Source of the DNA: Octopus sinensis
Lineage: Eukaryota
Assembly: GCF_006345805.1 (NCBI RefSeq)
Contig: NC_043002.1
Location: 44,950,001 to 45,014,000, forward strand
Length of the DNA: 64,000 nucleotides
Reading direction: 5' to 3'
Each line of letters starts with the position of its first letter. The stretch's first letter is position 1. The notes beneath the pieces are model-generated. The model saw only the letters and a list, made by a program, of their open reading frames with translations. It ran no database searches and was not told where the DNA came from. This document shows positions 27,228 to 40,239 of the stretch, piece after piece. Made by a program: the position numbers and the translations under genes.

Positions 27228-27912
27228 ATATATACTTACCTGTAAATATTTGCATACACGCATACATGTTATTTACTATATGTTCATATTTCAATACTCA
27301 TTTTAGGATAATATAATTTTCTTATTATCAAAATCATTTATTTTATTGAACAAAAGAAAGATTATATTTCAATTCTTTACCGTTTAATATTCGAAATAAA
27401 TATTGTTAACTCACATTAAAGCAAACAATAACAAAAATCTGACCAAAATATAAGAAGCTTCATTATATAGAGAATATCATAAAGAAGAATGGAGAATTAT
27501 GCATCTCCAAAAACTCGTTTATTACATTTAAATTCACATTAAATTCGCGTTAAATCTCAATCCCACATGTGTGTTGCTGCATAATTCTCCTAATGCTTTT
27601 TCATGCCGCCTTTATGTGCTTTTAGTTGGTTCATTTGTAATATATATTCGCCCAGAGAAGACATTTCTACGCATCTTTGCTAAAGGTTTTATCCAAGTAG
27701 ATGAGTGACCCGAACTGAGAAATTCAGCTTTAGAGAGTTCTTATTTTTGAGTATTTTCGAGGTGAGTGAATCATAAAGTCTTAGTATAAATTATAATAAA
27801 GATTACTTTGAAAAACTATTGTTTTCTTATCATTTAAAATTAAGAATTGCCTTTTAGAGTGTAAGGGAATAGATTATTATTTTTTACATACACTATGTTT
27901 CCTTTTATTATA

Positions 27913-29394
27913 CAAGTCAATCATACCCCAATACAATCAAAACCCCTTGTCCTATTTTCTTGAAATTTTTACCGGATATGTAGGATTATGTATGCCATTC
28001 TTCATGTACTTATCGTGAAAATCGGTGTATATTTAAAACAGACATGAAGAAAAACACGTTTATAGGGTGTTTCATTTTATTAGGCAAGTTAACAAATATT
28101 ATGTAATGCGATTTACATATAGAACAATACATAACCAGACAATTAATATATATGTATATCTTCCAGCAAATTATGTAATATCTTTTACATCTTTATATAG
28201 CATCCTTTACCATTTATAACTTTAAATATTCTTTCATCAATTGATTTTGTCAATTTCTCAACAATCTCACTTTTAATATTACTTGCAGCAGTCTTTATTG
28301 CTTCCCATAGTAAATCCATGTTTGGATATTGTTAACCATTGGAATATTTATGTTTTTTAATAATTGACCACAAATTCTCTATTGAGTTTAGATCTGGAGA
28401 TTGGGGGTGCAATTCCATTATCTTATGTTTTTGAAACTTTTCTTAACTAAATGGTTAATAATGAGCTTGAGAGAGTGTGAAGGGACATTATCGTGCATAA
28501 ATATGATCTTTAACATGATGCTTTGCGATGTTGACTTGTACCAATGGAAAAAGTTATCATCTAGAAACTTGTAATTATTATCAGCATTTATGTTGAATCC
28601 ATCAGCAACCTTAAATGGACTTATTATGTCTCCACTAACTATACCAGCTCAAAACCTGATTCCTCCACCTACTTGTTGTCTTCTTAATCGTGTTGGTTGT
28701 CAGTAAAAATTACATTTGTAAAGCCTGTCTTCATATATATATTTTTGCTCACGTCACTCATTTATCTTTGTGCACTTTATTCAAAGGCGGCAATTTTGCG
28801 AGATGTATGACTTTGCCAATTTCTTTTAGTATGGTGCAACGTTTTTTTCTTTTGTATGTTAGATATTCCTGCTTCTTCAAAGATTTGTTTGCTGGTTAAC
28901 CCACTTTTCTTGCACATAATTCTTTTGAGCTTTCTCTTATCTCTATTTGTGATGTTCTTGAAACCCATTTTCTTCCTTATTCTTACTCTCTCAATGCTTT
29001 GCACATGCTTTTATTATTGTTATGTGATCTCTAGTTAGCTTTTTAGAAATTACAATTACAATTGTTGAATCCCCCTCTCCCAGTGGTTTCACTATTTCTT
29101 TCTCCTCCTTCGATGTTATATCTTTACTTCGATCTATTTCTACATCTCCTGTACCTGAAATTAAGAAAAAAACATTTCAAAATCACATACCACATGGGGG
29201 AAAGCAGTATCTTGTTAACTTGCATAATAAAAAGAAACACCCTATAAACGTGTTTCTCTTTATTTCCTCTTTAAATATATACCGATTTAGACGAAAAGTA
29301 CACGAGACGTGGAATACATAATCCTGCATATCCCGTAAAAAATTCAAGAAAATCGGACAAGGGGTTTTTATATTATTGAGGAATGATTGACCTG
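27913..29394 (-). mobile_element. Tc1-like transposon, copy 2, with ~185-bp TIRs
   Basis: Left TA-CAAGTCAATCAT...GTTAACAA is the inverse of right TTGTTAAC...ATGATTGACCTG; decayed DDE transposase between. Confidence 0.85.
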
Positions 29395-30322
29395 CTTAAT
29401 AAAATAAAACATAGTGTACTCGTATTCGTACACGAAACATTGTAACTTTCAGTACTAATAAATTCCATAGAAAATCTATACAGATATACTTAAAAGTGAT
29501 TGTATCGCACTGCTAAAGCAAAAGTAGGATAGTATTGACTTAGAAACCTTTAATATACTTGGTATGATATTATGGATACAAAACGAAATACAGTATCCCC
29601 AGCAGCAATTAATTTCTAAATATCATTCCTTTCAACTGGTTATTCTCTGAAAATTATAGTACTAATAATTGTGCTTCTAGGAATAAATGGTTTTATAGCA
29701 ATAAAGATTTCCATTATTGAGTCGTAGGTGAATTGGGAAAGTAGTACACTTTTATACATGCTTATAGCTATCCCATGCCATTAGCGGAAATTTCACATAA
29801 TATCACTTATAAGCTTGGTAATCATGTCATTCTTAGGCCTGGCAAATTTCCATTGAGATAATCTTTACTATTATCTACACATTCAGATTTGTGGTAAATT
29901 TGTATTATCGGTTCTAAAATTTTAAAATTTTTATATTGGTTACAGAAATTAATGTTTTGTTTTACCTACTTTTAATTAATTATTTCTTTAATATCCTTCT
30001 GATTCGGTCTTAATCCAAGAAGTTATCCAAACTGATAACTATTAAGAGATATGAGAGTAAGTCTCTGAATTTTTATAGCTGCCTATGGTCATAGTGCTTT
30101 TTTTAAATTTATTAAAACCATACATTTATACATTTTACAGTGAAATAATAATTACAATATTTTTCTGATAACTTTGAACGTGCGTTAAAATACAAATGAG
30201 ATATTCCTGTATGTAATCGATTCAACGATATTTATTCCATTACCGGTACCGTTCTTTGGCCACAATTCATGCCACTTAAAGTAAAATGTGTAGCACACAT
30301 GTCAGTCACTGCTGTAGGCAGG

Positions 30323-31520
30323 ACAGGATGTTCGGGCTAAATTTGTCAGTTTGCATAAACGGAAAAGAAAACACAATATCACGTCCAAAATAAAATCATT
30401 TGTTTAAATTACGAAATATCATCCAGATTACGGTTAAGAGATAACGGTGAATTCAAAGCAGCCGCCCCGACTTCTAACACGGCCTCAAGACGGTTCAAAA
30501 ATCAGGCACATGCGTTTCTTAGAAGTTCCTTGAGATCTTCAAACACCACCTTGATCTTAGCCACGGAATCGGCCTAGGTTTTGCAGGCAGAGTAGTTGGT
30601 GTCTTTCTCAATTGTGCCCTACACATAATAATCCATGGGACTTAGGAGGCCAAAATTGGGGCTAGTGAAGTCGAAGCAATTCTTCGGCAGCCACTTCTGA
30701 ATCTTTCCAGAGGTATGACAGGGAGCCGAATCCTGATGCCACATACATTTGGCTTCCCAGCAGCGATCGGTTCCATCCAGAGCTTGACCATAGTCTCCAG
30801 CAGTTTCCCACCCTCACCGGAGGAACACTCAAAACCAGCACAATTTGAGGGAACTTGGTTTTCATAATACAAGGGACATCTCATGGATTCTAGGTAAGTC
30901 GCCTGATGTTCTGGAAGTTGTGCAACTGGTCCTGGCAGAAGATCTTTTTTCTGAGAAGAGCCAGATTATCTCCTGCGCAATAAGATGCTTCAGCTTGCTC
31001 AGGTGCTTCTTTGCCTTTCGTCAAGTTGTTCTTCTTGGCGTTGGTTTTCAGAATGACACTTGCACTTCTTGAATAAGTGGTTGCGATGGTCTTCGTTCAG
31101 GGCCAGATTCATAGTGGCAACTCCAACATCCATCTCTTTCTCTCACCAAAGCTCGGATTCCCTTGCTCTTATCTTCCATTACCTTGCTCTGCAGCTAAAT
31201 GAATTCTGGCGTACAGATGCAGTCAGAACGCCTACTGTGTCCCTTCTTGTTTGCCACAGATTCATAGTCTTCGCTGCAGCTGCCCATGTCACGTCTTACA
31301 GCATTTACAGTGTTCAGAAAGCAATGAGCAATAGTCATGATATCGACATTTTGATATCTGGCGCGAATCATGAAACAGGTAACTCTTTTCCAATATTCTT
31401 GCTATTCGTCGAGAAATATTTTCAGTGAATTTTCTATTTCTACATGGAAAATACGTCTTCAGTGAATATGGCTTCATACATCATAATTTCTCAAAGTTTG
31501 TCTCCAAATTTAAGCCAGCA
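30323..31520 (-). mobile_element. Decayed mariner/maT-like transposon
   Basis: Minus frames ...MDYYVxGTIEKDTNYSACKT and NRLEAVLEVG; stops and frameshifts; ends approximate. Confidence 0.7.
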
Positions 31521-31879
31521 AAAGTCAACATAGTGATCCGTGTTCATGAAATTTGATTCATTGTATATGTAATGAACGATGGAAATCAAGGAAACTAATG
31601 AAACTAAAATATAGTTCAACTTGCTTTTTGCAAAGAAAAATTATTTCTAATTTTTTTTTATACAAATTCATGCATAAATCACATAAATTTGTTGCACGAA
31701 ACATATTACGTTTACTAAATGATTCTTCCTCCTTGCTCTTTTTTCGTTAATGCACCAATATCAGTAACCGACATGTTACTACCTTCAACATTTCCTCTTA
31801 TGAATTGACCATTGATTTCTCTCTAACCTAGCTCTAAACATGCACCTCATATATATAACCCGAACTCCAGCCCACAACA

Positions 31880-32480
31880 TCTGCAATGATTCCATAAACA
31901 GGGATCTTGAGAGTGTCTAAAAACGGAGTCATGCCCACCTCATCTCCTTTAACAACAAAACATCTCAAGCACTACTCACATCAAGAAAGCACCATCGCAA
32001 CACACACCCTTTCAACATGAAGAATATTTAATAACAGCTCTCACATCCACTCGGAATGCAGAGTCCTTCTATCACCGAGTATCTTTCCTGATGAAAGCAT
32101 ATCCTTAGTGTAGCTAGGAACGCATCCCAAATTCTAGCTCTTCCCTTTAATTTTATAAAATATTTCATCTTATAATAGCTGTCGTCACACTACAAGTCTC
32201 ACGTGAGACCCACAAACGTTTACTCCTCCCACGTCTGGGACATTGCTGCCACTCACACAGACTTCCGGTGAATAGCCGCTCAGCCGGCTGGTATTCCGTC
32301 ACTGACAGACAAATTTGCATATCTGACTCACTGTTTCACAATTTCCCTTCTGTGTATTTCCGATCACCACCGTAATTCTCAAACCTACACCACTTATGCA
32401 CCTCCAAACTCAGAGGTGAACCGCTTTTCTCAGTCCTGCACCTACACAATTGGTGTCATAGCCTCTGCCCCTTATTCCAC
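31880..32480 (+). mobile_element. CR1/Jockey-group LINE RT C-terminal fragment
   Basis: INRDLESV...LISFNNKTSQALLTSRK and YKSHVRPT..YSSHVWDIAA. Confidence 0.7.
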
Positions 32481-33371
32481 ACTCAGCATGCAAAACAAAT
32501 TCAAATATATATTTCGTAGATATTGGGGAATAATAAGTTTCAAATACTCTTTTAATATTATATTACAATCGAATCCACATTTTACACATTTTATGTAAAA
32601 ATGGTAATGGAAAACAAAGTACCTGCTACTTATTTCCCTTTAAAATGTCGTTTTCTTGAATGAGTATAATTACATATTTTCACCGATTATATACTTTAAT
32701 AATATAATAAATACACAAGTTGATGTTCGTTATGTGCGACCGAAGCAGTATTATTTCAAACAGCAATTTATGTATCGTACTCAAAGCAGACACATAATTG
32801 TCATTTTAAAGTACAACGCTTCTGTCGCACATAACGAATTTATATTCAGCCTACCGGCTCCCTGTGACATGGCTGATTTTTCACTTATTTCACTATATCA
32901 CTTACAGCAATGCAGTTACCAGTGGATACTGGCTACTGATGAAGTCAATTGAGGCAGAAATGCACACTTAGTAATACCACAACCGCTACTGGATGATTTT
33001 CATCTGCTATCAATATATTTCTGTGTTTATTAATTCTATACGTCTATAAGAAATATCTCAGGACGAATACCGCAATTAATTAGGCCTTCAGTCAGGTATT
33101 TACTTTAACAATGAAGCACAGATTGCTATTTTGAACTAGTTAATATATCGATGTAATTCGAAAAGTATCGGAAAGTAATTATTCTAACGAAATAAAAACA
33201 TTCTTCAACACGTCAACATTAACATTCTTCACTCTGCCACATTTAACACCAGCGCTCGAATGTTCCATGAAATGTTTTTTTTACTAGACTTCACGGCATC
33301 ATTTCCGTTTCAATAACACAAAAGGGAATTGTTTTGTCAACAAACACGCACACCATTTCCAATCAATTTGT

Positions 33372-33421
33372 TCGGTAACATCAGTTAACATCTCTCGGTA
33401 ACATCAGGTAACATCTCTCGG
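33372..33421. repeat. 23-bp unit tandem repeat, two copies
   Basis: TCGGTAACATCAGTTAACATCTC / TCGGTAACATCAGGTAACATCTC. Confidence 0.85.
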
Positions 33422-33711
33422 GAAAATTTCTACCCGAAACATTATTTTTATTCTCATCTGCACAACAAAATATTTTATTTCACTTTGTGAACTTCGTGCA
33501 TTTACTATTTACCGAGATATGCCATCACGAGTTACGTCAATTTTATATCTCAATTCGTCTGAAACATTGCTTTTATGTATTTATTTCTAAATTAAATATA
33601 AATATCTTTCCATTTTAATTTCACTTATAAACACTTCTGTTAGACTATCTCTTATTTCTCTCTCCTCTCACTTTTACTCTCCCCGCTCTGTGTTCCTTCT
33701 CTCTTTTCTCT

Positions 33712-33751
<40 letters not shown>

Positions 33752-33757
33752 CCTATC

Positions 33758-33828
<71 letters not shown>

Positions 33829-34575
33829 GTTCTGTTTCTCTTTAATGTCCGTACGCACATATTTCACTTTACTTTATTTCGCATTTTCCCTTCTCTTCAT
33901 TTCCGCGTCTGTGTAGAAAATCACGAAAAAAAAACACCATCAATAAAATATAAATAAATCATATCTTACTGCTTATACTTGTTCAATAAGATTTACTATG
34001 ACTGTGAATAGAATACCGTTCATACACTTATGTTATCTGCAATTAAGTAGAAAAGAAAAAATTGTTATTTGCCCCGATGATTATCAAAATATAAAAACGA
34101 AAGTAGGATAATATTGGCATCTGAGTTATCAAAACAGGAAAAAGTGTAATTACGGTAACTCACGCATGATTAAATAAATGTGCAAGAGACAGAAAAAACA
34201 TTGATGAAAAACCTAGTTTTCGATGTGCTAAACTACAGAGTATTGACAATTTTTCGGATATGAGAGAATTCTACTGAATCTTAATCATTTGAGACATTAC
34301 ATTAACTGAGGCTGCGTATTCCAGTACATAAAATTAAATCAATAATGTATTATTATAGGTTCTTAAGGATAGCTTTTAATATTTCAAGATGTTGTGTCGG
34401 TAAGTTATATGCAAGTAATCACTGGTGTGAAACCAACCATATGTAGCACAACTCAAAAACAATATACATCGGTTGTAGATGAGTATATTTTTCAAATGCC
34501 GGATATATTAGACAAATAAGTTGCGCTAGGCAAATAAATTAATTCAATACATGTATATATATATATATATATTAT

Positions 34576-34651
<76 letters not shown>

Positions 34652-34825
34652 CAAATAGATAATAAATTATGTGTGTGTGTTGTGGAGAGGCTGTCGGTTG
34701 GTCGGTGTGTGTGCGTGCGTATGTGCCTGGATTTTGTATTATAAATGTGCTTGTATGAATGCGTATGTACATACATATATTTATATATGGAAATACATAC
34801 ATAAAACAAATCTCACACACATACG

Positions 34826-34856
<31 letters not shown>

Positions 34857-34879
34857 ATGTGTGTGTGTGTGTGTGTGTA

Positions 34880-35770
34880 TGGTGCCCCAAAATTAAAGCG
34901 ACCAACTTTTTTCAATTTTGCCAAAGCAAAATATTATATTTTGGGGTGGAGGGTTGCAATGCAATGATAAAGGATAAACAATTATGACACGACCACATTT
35001 ATTCTATATGACGACCTCTGTTACGAATCACAAGCTGAAGTCTAGGAGCAAATGCTTCACATGGGCGCCCAGCTGTTCTTGCGGAATTTAAGCTCATTCC
35101 TGGTGCAATTTTGTCTTCAGAGCTTCGAGCAAAGCATGAGGAATGCTTGAGCTCAGGGTTTCTTGAGGTTCATACAACCATACCTATGAACAAGGGAATG
35201 TTTTTTTTTCAGAATGCAATATTGTGTCTGTTTGAGCTGTGGGATGGTGCCGTTCAGCTTTCAGAGTATCGCTAATGTATTACTTGGTGTTAACTTTAAC
35301 ACTTGAGGGCACAAAAACCAGAGGAGACCTTTCAGTGGCTGTCACAACCACCGAAACCATAAATGACTATAGATTTTGACGTTGATTCACGAGTCTACAC
35401 TTGTCGGAGTCTGATACACTCCAAAGTCGGTATTTCTGGTGGTTTACTGTCTGTTCAATGCCAAAATTTCTTTTCATCAGTGAAAACAGGTCGGGCAGCG
35501 TGCCTTCAGCAATCTGATGCAGGATAAGACAACTTCTCCCCAGTTTCATGACCTTATAAAATTGTGTGAATTCATGACGGTAGATCATCTTGTAGGGGTG
35601 GGTCCTGAGATCCTCTTTCAGCACTCGATACATCGATGTGCGGCTTATTTATGTTGCAGCATCCAGTTTACCGACGGAATGGCGAGGATTTCGCCGTACC
35701 TTTTCTGTTATTTTGGTAAGCTGAGGGAGAGAGAAAGTTCGGTTGAGGGAGAGAACAAGTTCTGCCAGAC
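34880..35770 (-). mobile_element. Decayed Tc1/mariner-superfamily transposon fragment
   Basis: RVLKEDLRTHPYK and FSLMKRNFGIEQTVNHQKYRLWS (FSDEK..NxQNxRxW-like); TIR-like GGTGCCCCAAAATTAAAGCGACC at left. Confidence 0.7.
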
Positions 35771-35799
35771 GAAGATGTGTTGACATGTCAGATATGTAC

Positions 35800-35832
<33 letters not shown>

Positions 35833-35956
35833 AATATGAAAATATTACATGTATATGGTGTGTTATGAAAATTTATGGAAAAGTATTCCATAGTAATTCA
35901 ACAAATATGTTTAAAATGGACAAGAGATGTTAAAATTTGAAAGAATTTTAATTCAT

Positions 35957-36062
35957 TCTTACGATTGTTTCGAGCAGTAATATTAACATGTAAATAACAT
36001 GGTAGAATAGTAAAAATTATTTTAATTCAAATTAATTACATATCACTGTTCTCTTCAGTGCA
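35957..36062 (-). ncRNA. Hammerhead motif in left arm of foldback
   Basis: Minus CTGAAGA-GAACAGTGATA...TATTACTGCTC-GAAACAATCGTA. Confidence 0.55.
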
Positions 36063-36507
36063 AGAAGTATACAGCAATAGTTATAACTATTACAGAAGAC
36101 TTGATGAAGGAGATAGCAGATAACAAATTTGGATATACATGTTTTACCCTTGTGAAAAAATTGAGAGCATACTAAATAATGTTGTTGAGACTAGTCGTGT
36201 ATAATGTAAAACTGATGCAGCTAACGGTTATTTGAAAATATGAGTGAAAAATGTTCAAGAGACGTCCGCTCTATATAAGAATGTGGATAATTAATTTAGA
36301 ATCCAGATAAGTTATTTATCATAGGAAGTTTAATAGAGGTGTCCAATGGAAAGGCATAATCATGCTTAAATTAGGATATGACTTGACAGTTATAAGTAAT
36401 ATTAAGTATTTTTTCACAAGGGTAAAACATGTATATCCAAATTTGTTATCTGCTATCTCCTTCATCAAGTCTTCTGTAATAATAATAACTATTGTTGTAT
36501 ACTTCTT

Positions 36508-36616
36508 GCACTGAAGAGAACAGTGATACGTAATTAATTTAAATTAATCAAATAAATTTTTACTATTCTACCATATTATTTACATGTTAATATCACTGCT
36601 CGAAACGATCGTATGA
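36508..36616 (+). ncRNA. Hammerhead motif in right arm of foldback
   Basis: CTGAAGA 36511-36517; stem II GAACAGTGATA/TATCACTGCTC (10/11); GAAAC 36602-36606; palindromic ACGATCGT; GUA site; weak stem I. Confidence 0.65.
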
Positions 36617-36879
36617 ATGTATTAAAATTCTTTCAAATTTTAACATCTCTTCTCCATTTTTAACATATTATGATTATATCATGATTAACATATCATGATT
36701 ATGTCCAAAGTTTAGGTCGTTAGCTGTAAAAATTCAAGCTTATCACGTGATCATCCTCGGCCAATTAAAATGTATCGCAAACAGATACTAATATGAGCCA
36801 TGTTCCGTCTATAAAAACAAGAATTTTTAAAATTCCAATAAGAAGCAAGACAGTTACAGTATAGGTCAACTTTTTAAAA

Positions 36880-37678
36880 CGAGAGAAATCTGTGAAACAG
36901 GTTATCTTTAAAATATATAGATATGTTAATTGTAATCCTTTTATATATAATCCCTTTATTTATTTAAAAATTCAATCCCTTTGTCTACTCTTCCCCTACC
37001 CCTCCAGTTCTTTGTCTTGCCTTGCACTCACAGGTCAATCTCTGACACCCATCCCTTCTCCCCTCTCTAATTCCTTCTTTCTCTCTCTTCTCCCCCCTTG
37101 TTGCTTTCGTCCCTCTTCTCTCTCTCTTCCTTCCTTTGCCTCCCTTTCTTTTCTTTTCTTTTCTCTCTTCTCCGTCACGTGACTGCTGGCCAAAATCGGC
37201 CAAAATCCGCCTTTCGGCCTCTGACCAGCGCCGTGACAACATCGTTGTCCTTGTTCGCCGTTAAGGCAATTTTTCCAAAATACGCCAGCCAAACTTGTTT
37301 GCACTGTTATTAGTCGTAAGTCACCTGCTGTTTTTACCATTATTGCTTTTGTATTTCATGTTTTTGTATTTCATTATTGTTTTTTGTTTTTTATATTCGT
37401 GTGGCACCGTCCGTTTTGCTGTCCCTGTGTTCGTATGCATTCGATCCTTCTTCCAGGTAATCTACGCTCCTAGCTTAGTTTTTCTAATGCTCGTTGCTTA
37501 GTTTTTCCTGGAGGGCTGGCCGGATCTAGTAATCTCAAGATTAATCAGCCGAAATTACTACGATGATCCGGTTCTTGACTGAAGACTGAGGGCTTCGAAT
37601 GTCCTGTCTGTGTTTGTTGTATCGTCTTCTAAGTGTTATGCGTTCTTGTCACAGGTTGTATTTTTTTTACATATCATA

Positions 37679-37680
<2 letters not shown>
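36880..37680 (+). mobile_element. Non-coding PLE-terminus-like element
   Basis: Pyrimidine-rich tract, T-rich tail and degenerate HHR-like GGCTG...CAGCC-GAAAT at 37505-37560; layout resembles the reverse of 8425-9050. Confidence 0.35.
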
Positions 37681-37757
<77 letters not shown>

Positions 37758-37894
37758 TATTAATTTAATCCCTTTATGTATAATCCCGTTATTTATTTTA
37801 AACTTTACATACTTATATATAATTCCTTTATTAAAAATGTTTATCCCTTTAGATATATATATTATATATGTATGTATGTATGTATGTATATATA

Positions 37895-37947
<53 letters not shown>

Positions 37948-37989
37948 ATATATTATATATGTATATATATATATGTATATATATATATA

Positions 37990-38438
37990 TCTTTCAGTTT
38001 TAAGCCTGCGGCCATAGTGGACCACCATTTTGAAGAATTTTTAATCAAAGGAATCAATCCCAATTATTTTTTGAAACCTGGTACTTATTCTATCGGGTCT
38101 TTTGCAGACCCGCTAAGTTATGGGAACGTAAACACACCAACAGTAATTGTGAAGTGCTGGCCGGAACAAAGACACACACATGCATACATACAACCATACA
38201 TACAAACATACATACATATGTGTGTGTGTGTACGTGTGTGTTTGTGTGTGTGCGTGTAAGCGTGTGTGTGTATACGACTGGCTTCTTTCAGTTTTCATAC
38301 ACCAAATCTATACGGAAGACTGGTGGGCCCAAGGCTATAGTAGAAACACTTACCTAAGGCTCCACCACGTTGTGGAGGTTAACCCAGAACCATGTGACTG
38401 GGAAGTAAGCCACATCCGACCGCACAGCCATACCTGCA
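37990..38438 (-). mobile_element. Family A CORE-type SINE, full length, diverged
   Basis: Colinear with 3129-3480. Confidence 0.8.
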
Positions 38439-38588
38439 GGTATATATACATATATATATATATTATATTATATATATATATATATATATATACCAGGAAA
38501 CTGAGACAAGGTAGAAAATGAAAAAATAATTTCATCATGAATACATTTTGTAATGGACAGGAGCAACGTGAAATATATATATATATAT

Positions 38589-38621
<33 letters not shown>

Positions 38622-38654
38622 GTAGGTGTTCCACTGGTATATTATATGATGGAT

Positions 38655-38800
38655 GGTGTTCAACTGGTATTCATTTTATCGACAGCAAAAGGGTGAAAGA
38701 CAAAATCGACCTCGGTGGAATTTGAACTCAGGACGTGAATACGGACGAAATGCCGATCAGCTTTTTGCCCGGCGTACTTAATGATTCTGCTAAGCCACCG
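38655..38800 (-). mobile_element. Family B SINE
   Basis: Reverse complement of GAGTTCAAATTCCACCGAGGTCGATTTTGTCTTTCACCCTTT...AATACCAGTTGAAC. Confidence 0.75.
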
Positions 38801-40155
38801 CTTTTGTGTGTGTATGATATAATGTTAACAGAAAAAGAAAAGAAATGATTGTATAAATGTGTAATTGAGAGAAACTAATGTGAATCATGAAATAAAATTT
38901 CCTGTGATAATTCCTTCCTATTCTTCTTTAAATTTCTTTAAATTGTCACTAACAGACACCAGCTCATCCCAATGTATTACCTACGCCAAAATAGTCACCC
39001 ATCCTTAGAGAATTTTCTCCATTTTTTTTTCTTTTTGACGTTGCAGAACTAACATTAGCGGTACAAATTGACCATCCAGATCCAACTGTATTATTTGATG
39101 TGATTTGAATGGTAAATGTAAATTTACATTGGAAAATGTAAATTCTATTTGACAAAGTGACAAAATATCTTGTTGAATGTTTCTTTCAAAGCAAACGTTT
39201 ATATTGATATTTTCCTAATATGTCACAAGTAATTAATGAATAGAAGAGACAAACAAACAATGAAGAAAATACAACTTTGAAGAAAATACGGCTTTAAAAA
39301 AAATACAGATGTTCATATTTATCCTTTTTTGAGAATACATATAATAATTTTGTGAAACATTATCAGTTATTGAAGCTTATTTTCTTTTAATCATACTTTG
39401 TTGATATCCCCGAAGAACTTATCGTTGAATAAATGATATGTATCGGATTCTGTGAAAATAATTGTCGGAAGTCTCAGTTTGATCAAATGTATCCCGTTGC
39501 TATACTGAAATACAATGAGAAACCCCACGTCAAACTGAACGTATTCGCCATCCTGGACAACACTTGCCAAAGAGAATAAATATATTGAGTTATGATATAG
39601 ACTAGACACTGAGATCTTAAACGACAGAGAGTTATATGGAAAGTTGAAGCTAAATATTCGTTATTTATCTTGAGATAATTAGTCATAAAATTTTGTCTAC
39701 TGTATGTTTAAATTATAATTACTTCCATTGAAATTGATTTCATGGAATAGAAAAACAGCAGGACATTACATCTCACGTATTACCGTAAATATTTTCATAC
39801 TTCTTCAAATTCCAACAAAATTGACTTTACCTTGTTTTATCTTCTGTCAATAAAGTAAGTCGACTACACTGAGGTGGTGTCAATCGATTAACCAGTTTGC
39901 AGTTATGTACCTTTATAAGAAAATATTGGTCAGCAATTTCATAAACAGTTCCTTTCATTCTTAATGTTTACGACATTCTTAAAGAAGCAAGTTTAAAACA
40001 AAATTAGCAGATATTATTGACAAAAATGCATTTTGCTACATATTTTGTCTTCTTAATATCTGATCTGATATAAACTTAGTCAGACATTTTAATACATATT
40101 TATATACAGACACATTGACACACACATTCACAAACGTGCGCGCGAACACACACAA

Positions 40156-40239
<84 letters not shown>

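Larger units (their letters stand above)
20983..29355. repeat. ~4.2 kb tandem duplication (20983-25187 and 25188-29348)
   Basis: Duplicated ORFs in the track; shared AAAATCG at start (20983), junction (25188) and end (29349). Confidence 0.95.
35903..36669. repeat. Foldback element: ~260-bp inverted arms (35903-36161, 36408-36669) around a ~246-bp spacer
   Basis: Arms are reverse complements with scattered substitutions. Confidence 0.9.

Noticed and set aside
29760-30120. Coding-like minus-strand stretches (NFKILEPIIQIYHKSECVDNSKDYLNG)
   Set aside because: Short, stop-ridden and without a recognisable motif.
32085-32130. CTGATGA-AAGC...GCT-AGGAAC
   Set aside because: Lies in the CR1-like coding remnant and lacks GAAA; probably chance.
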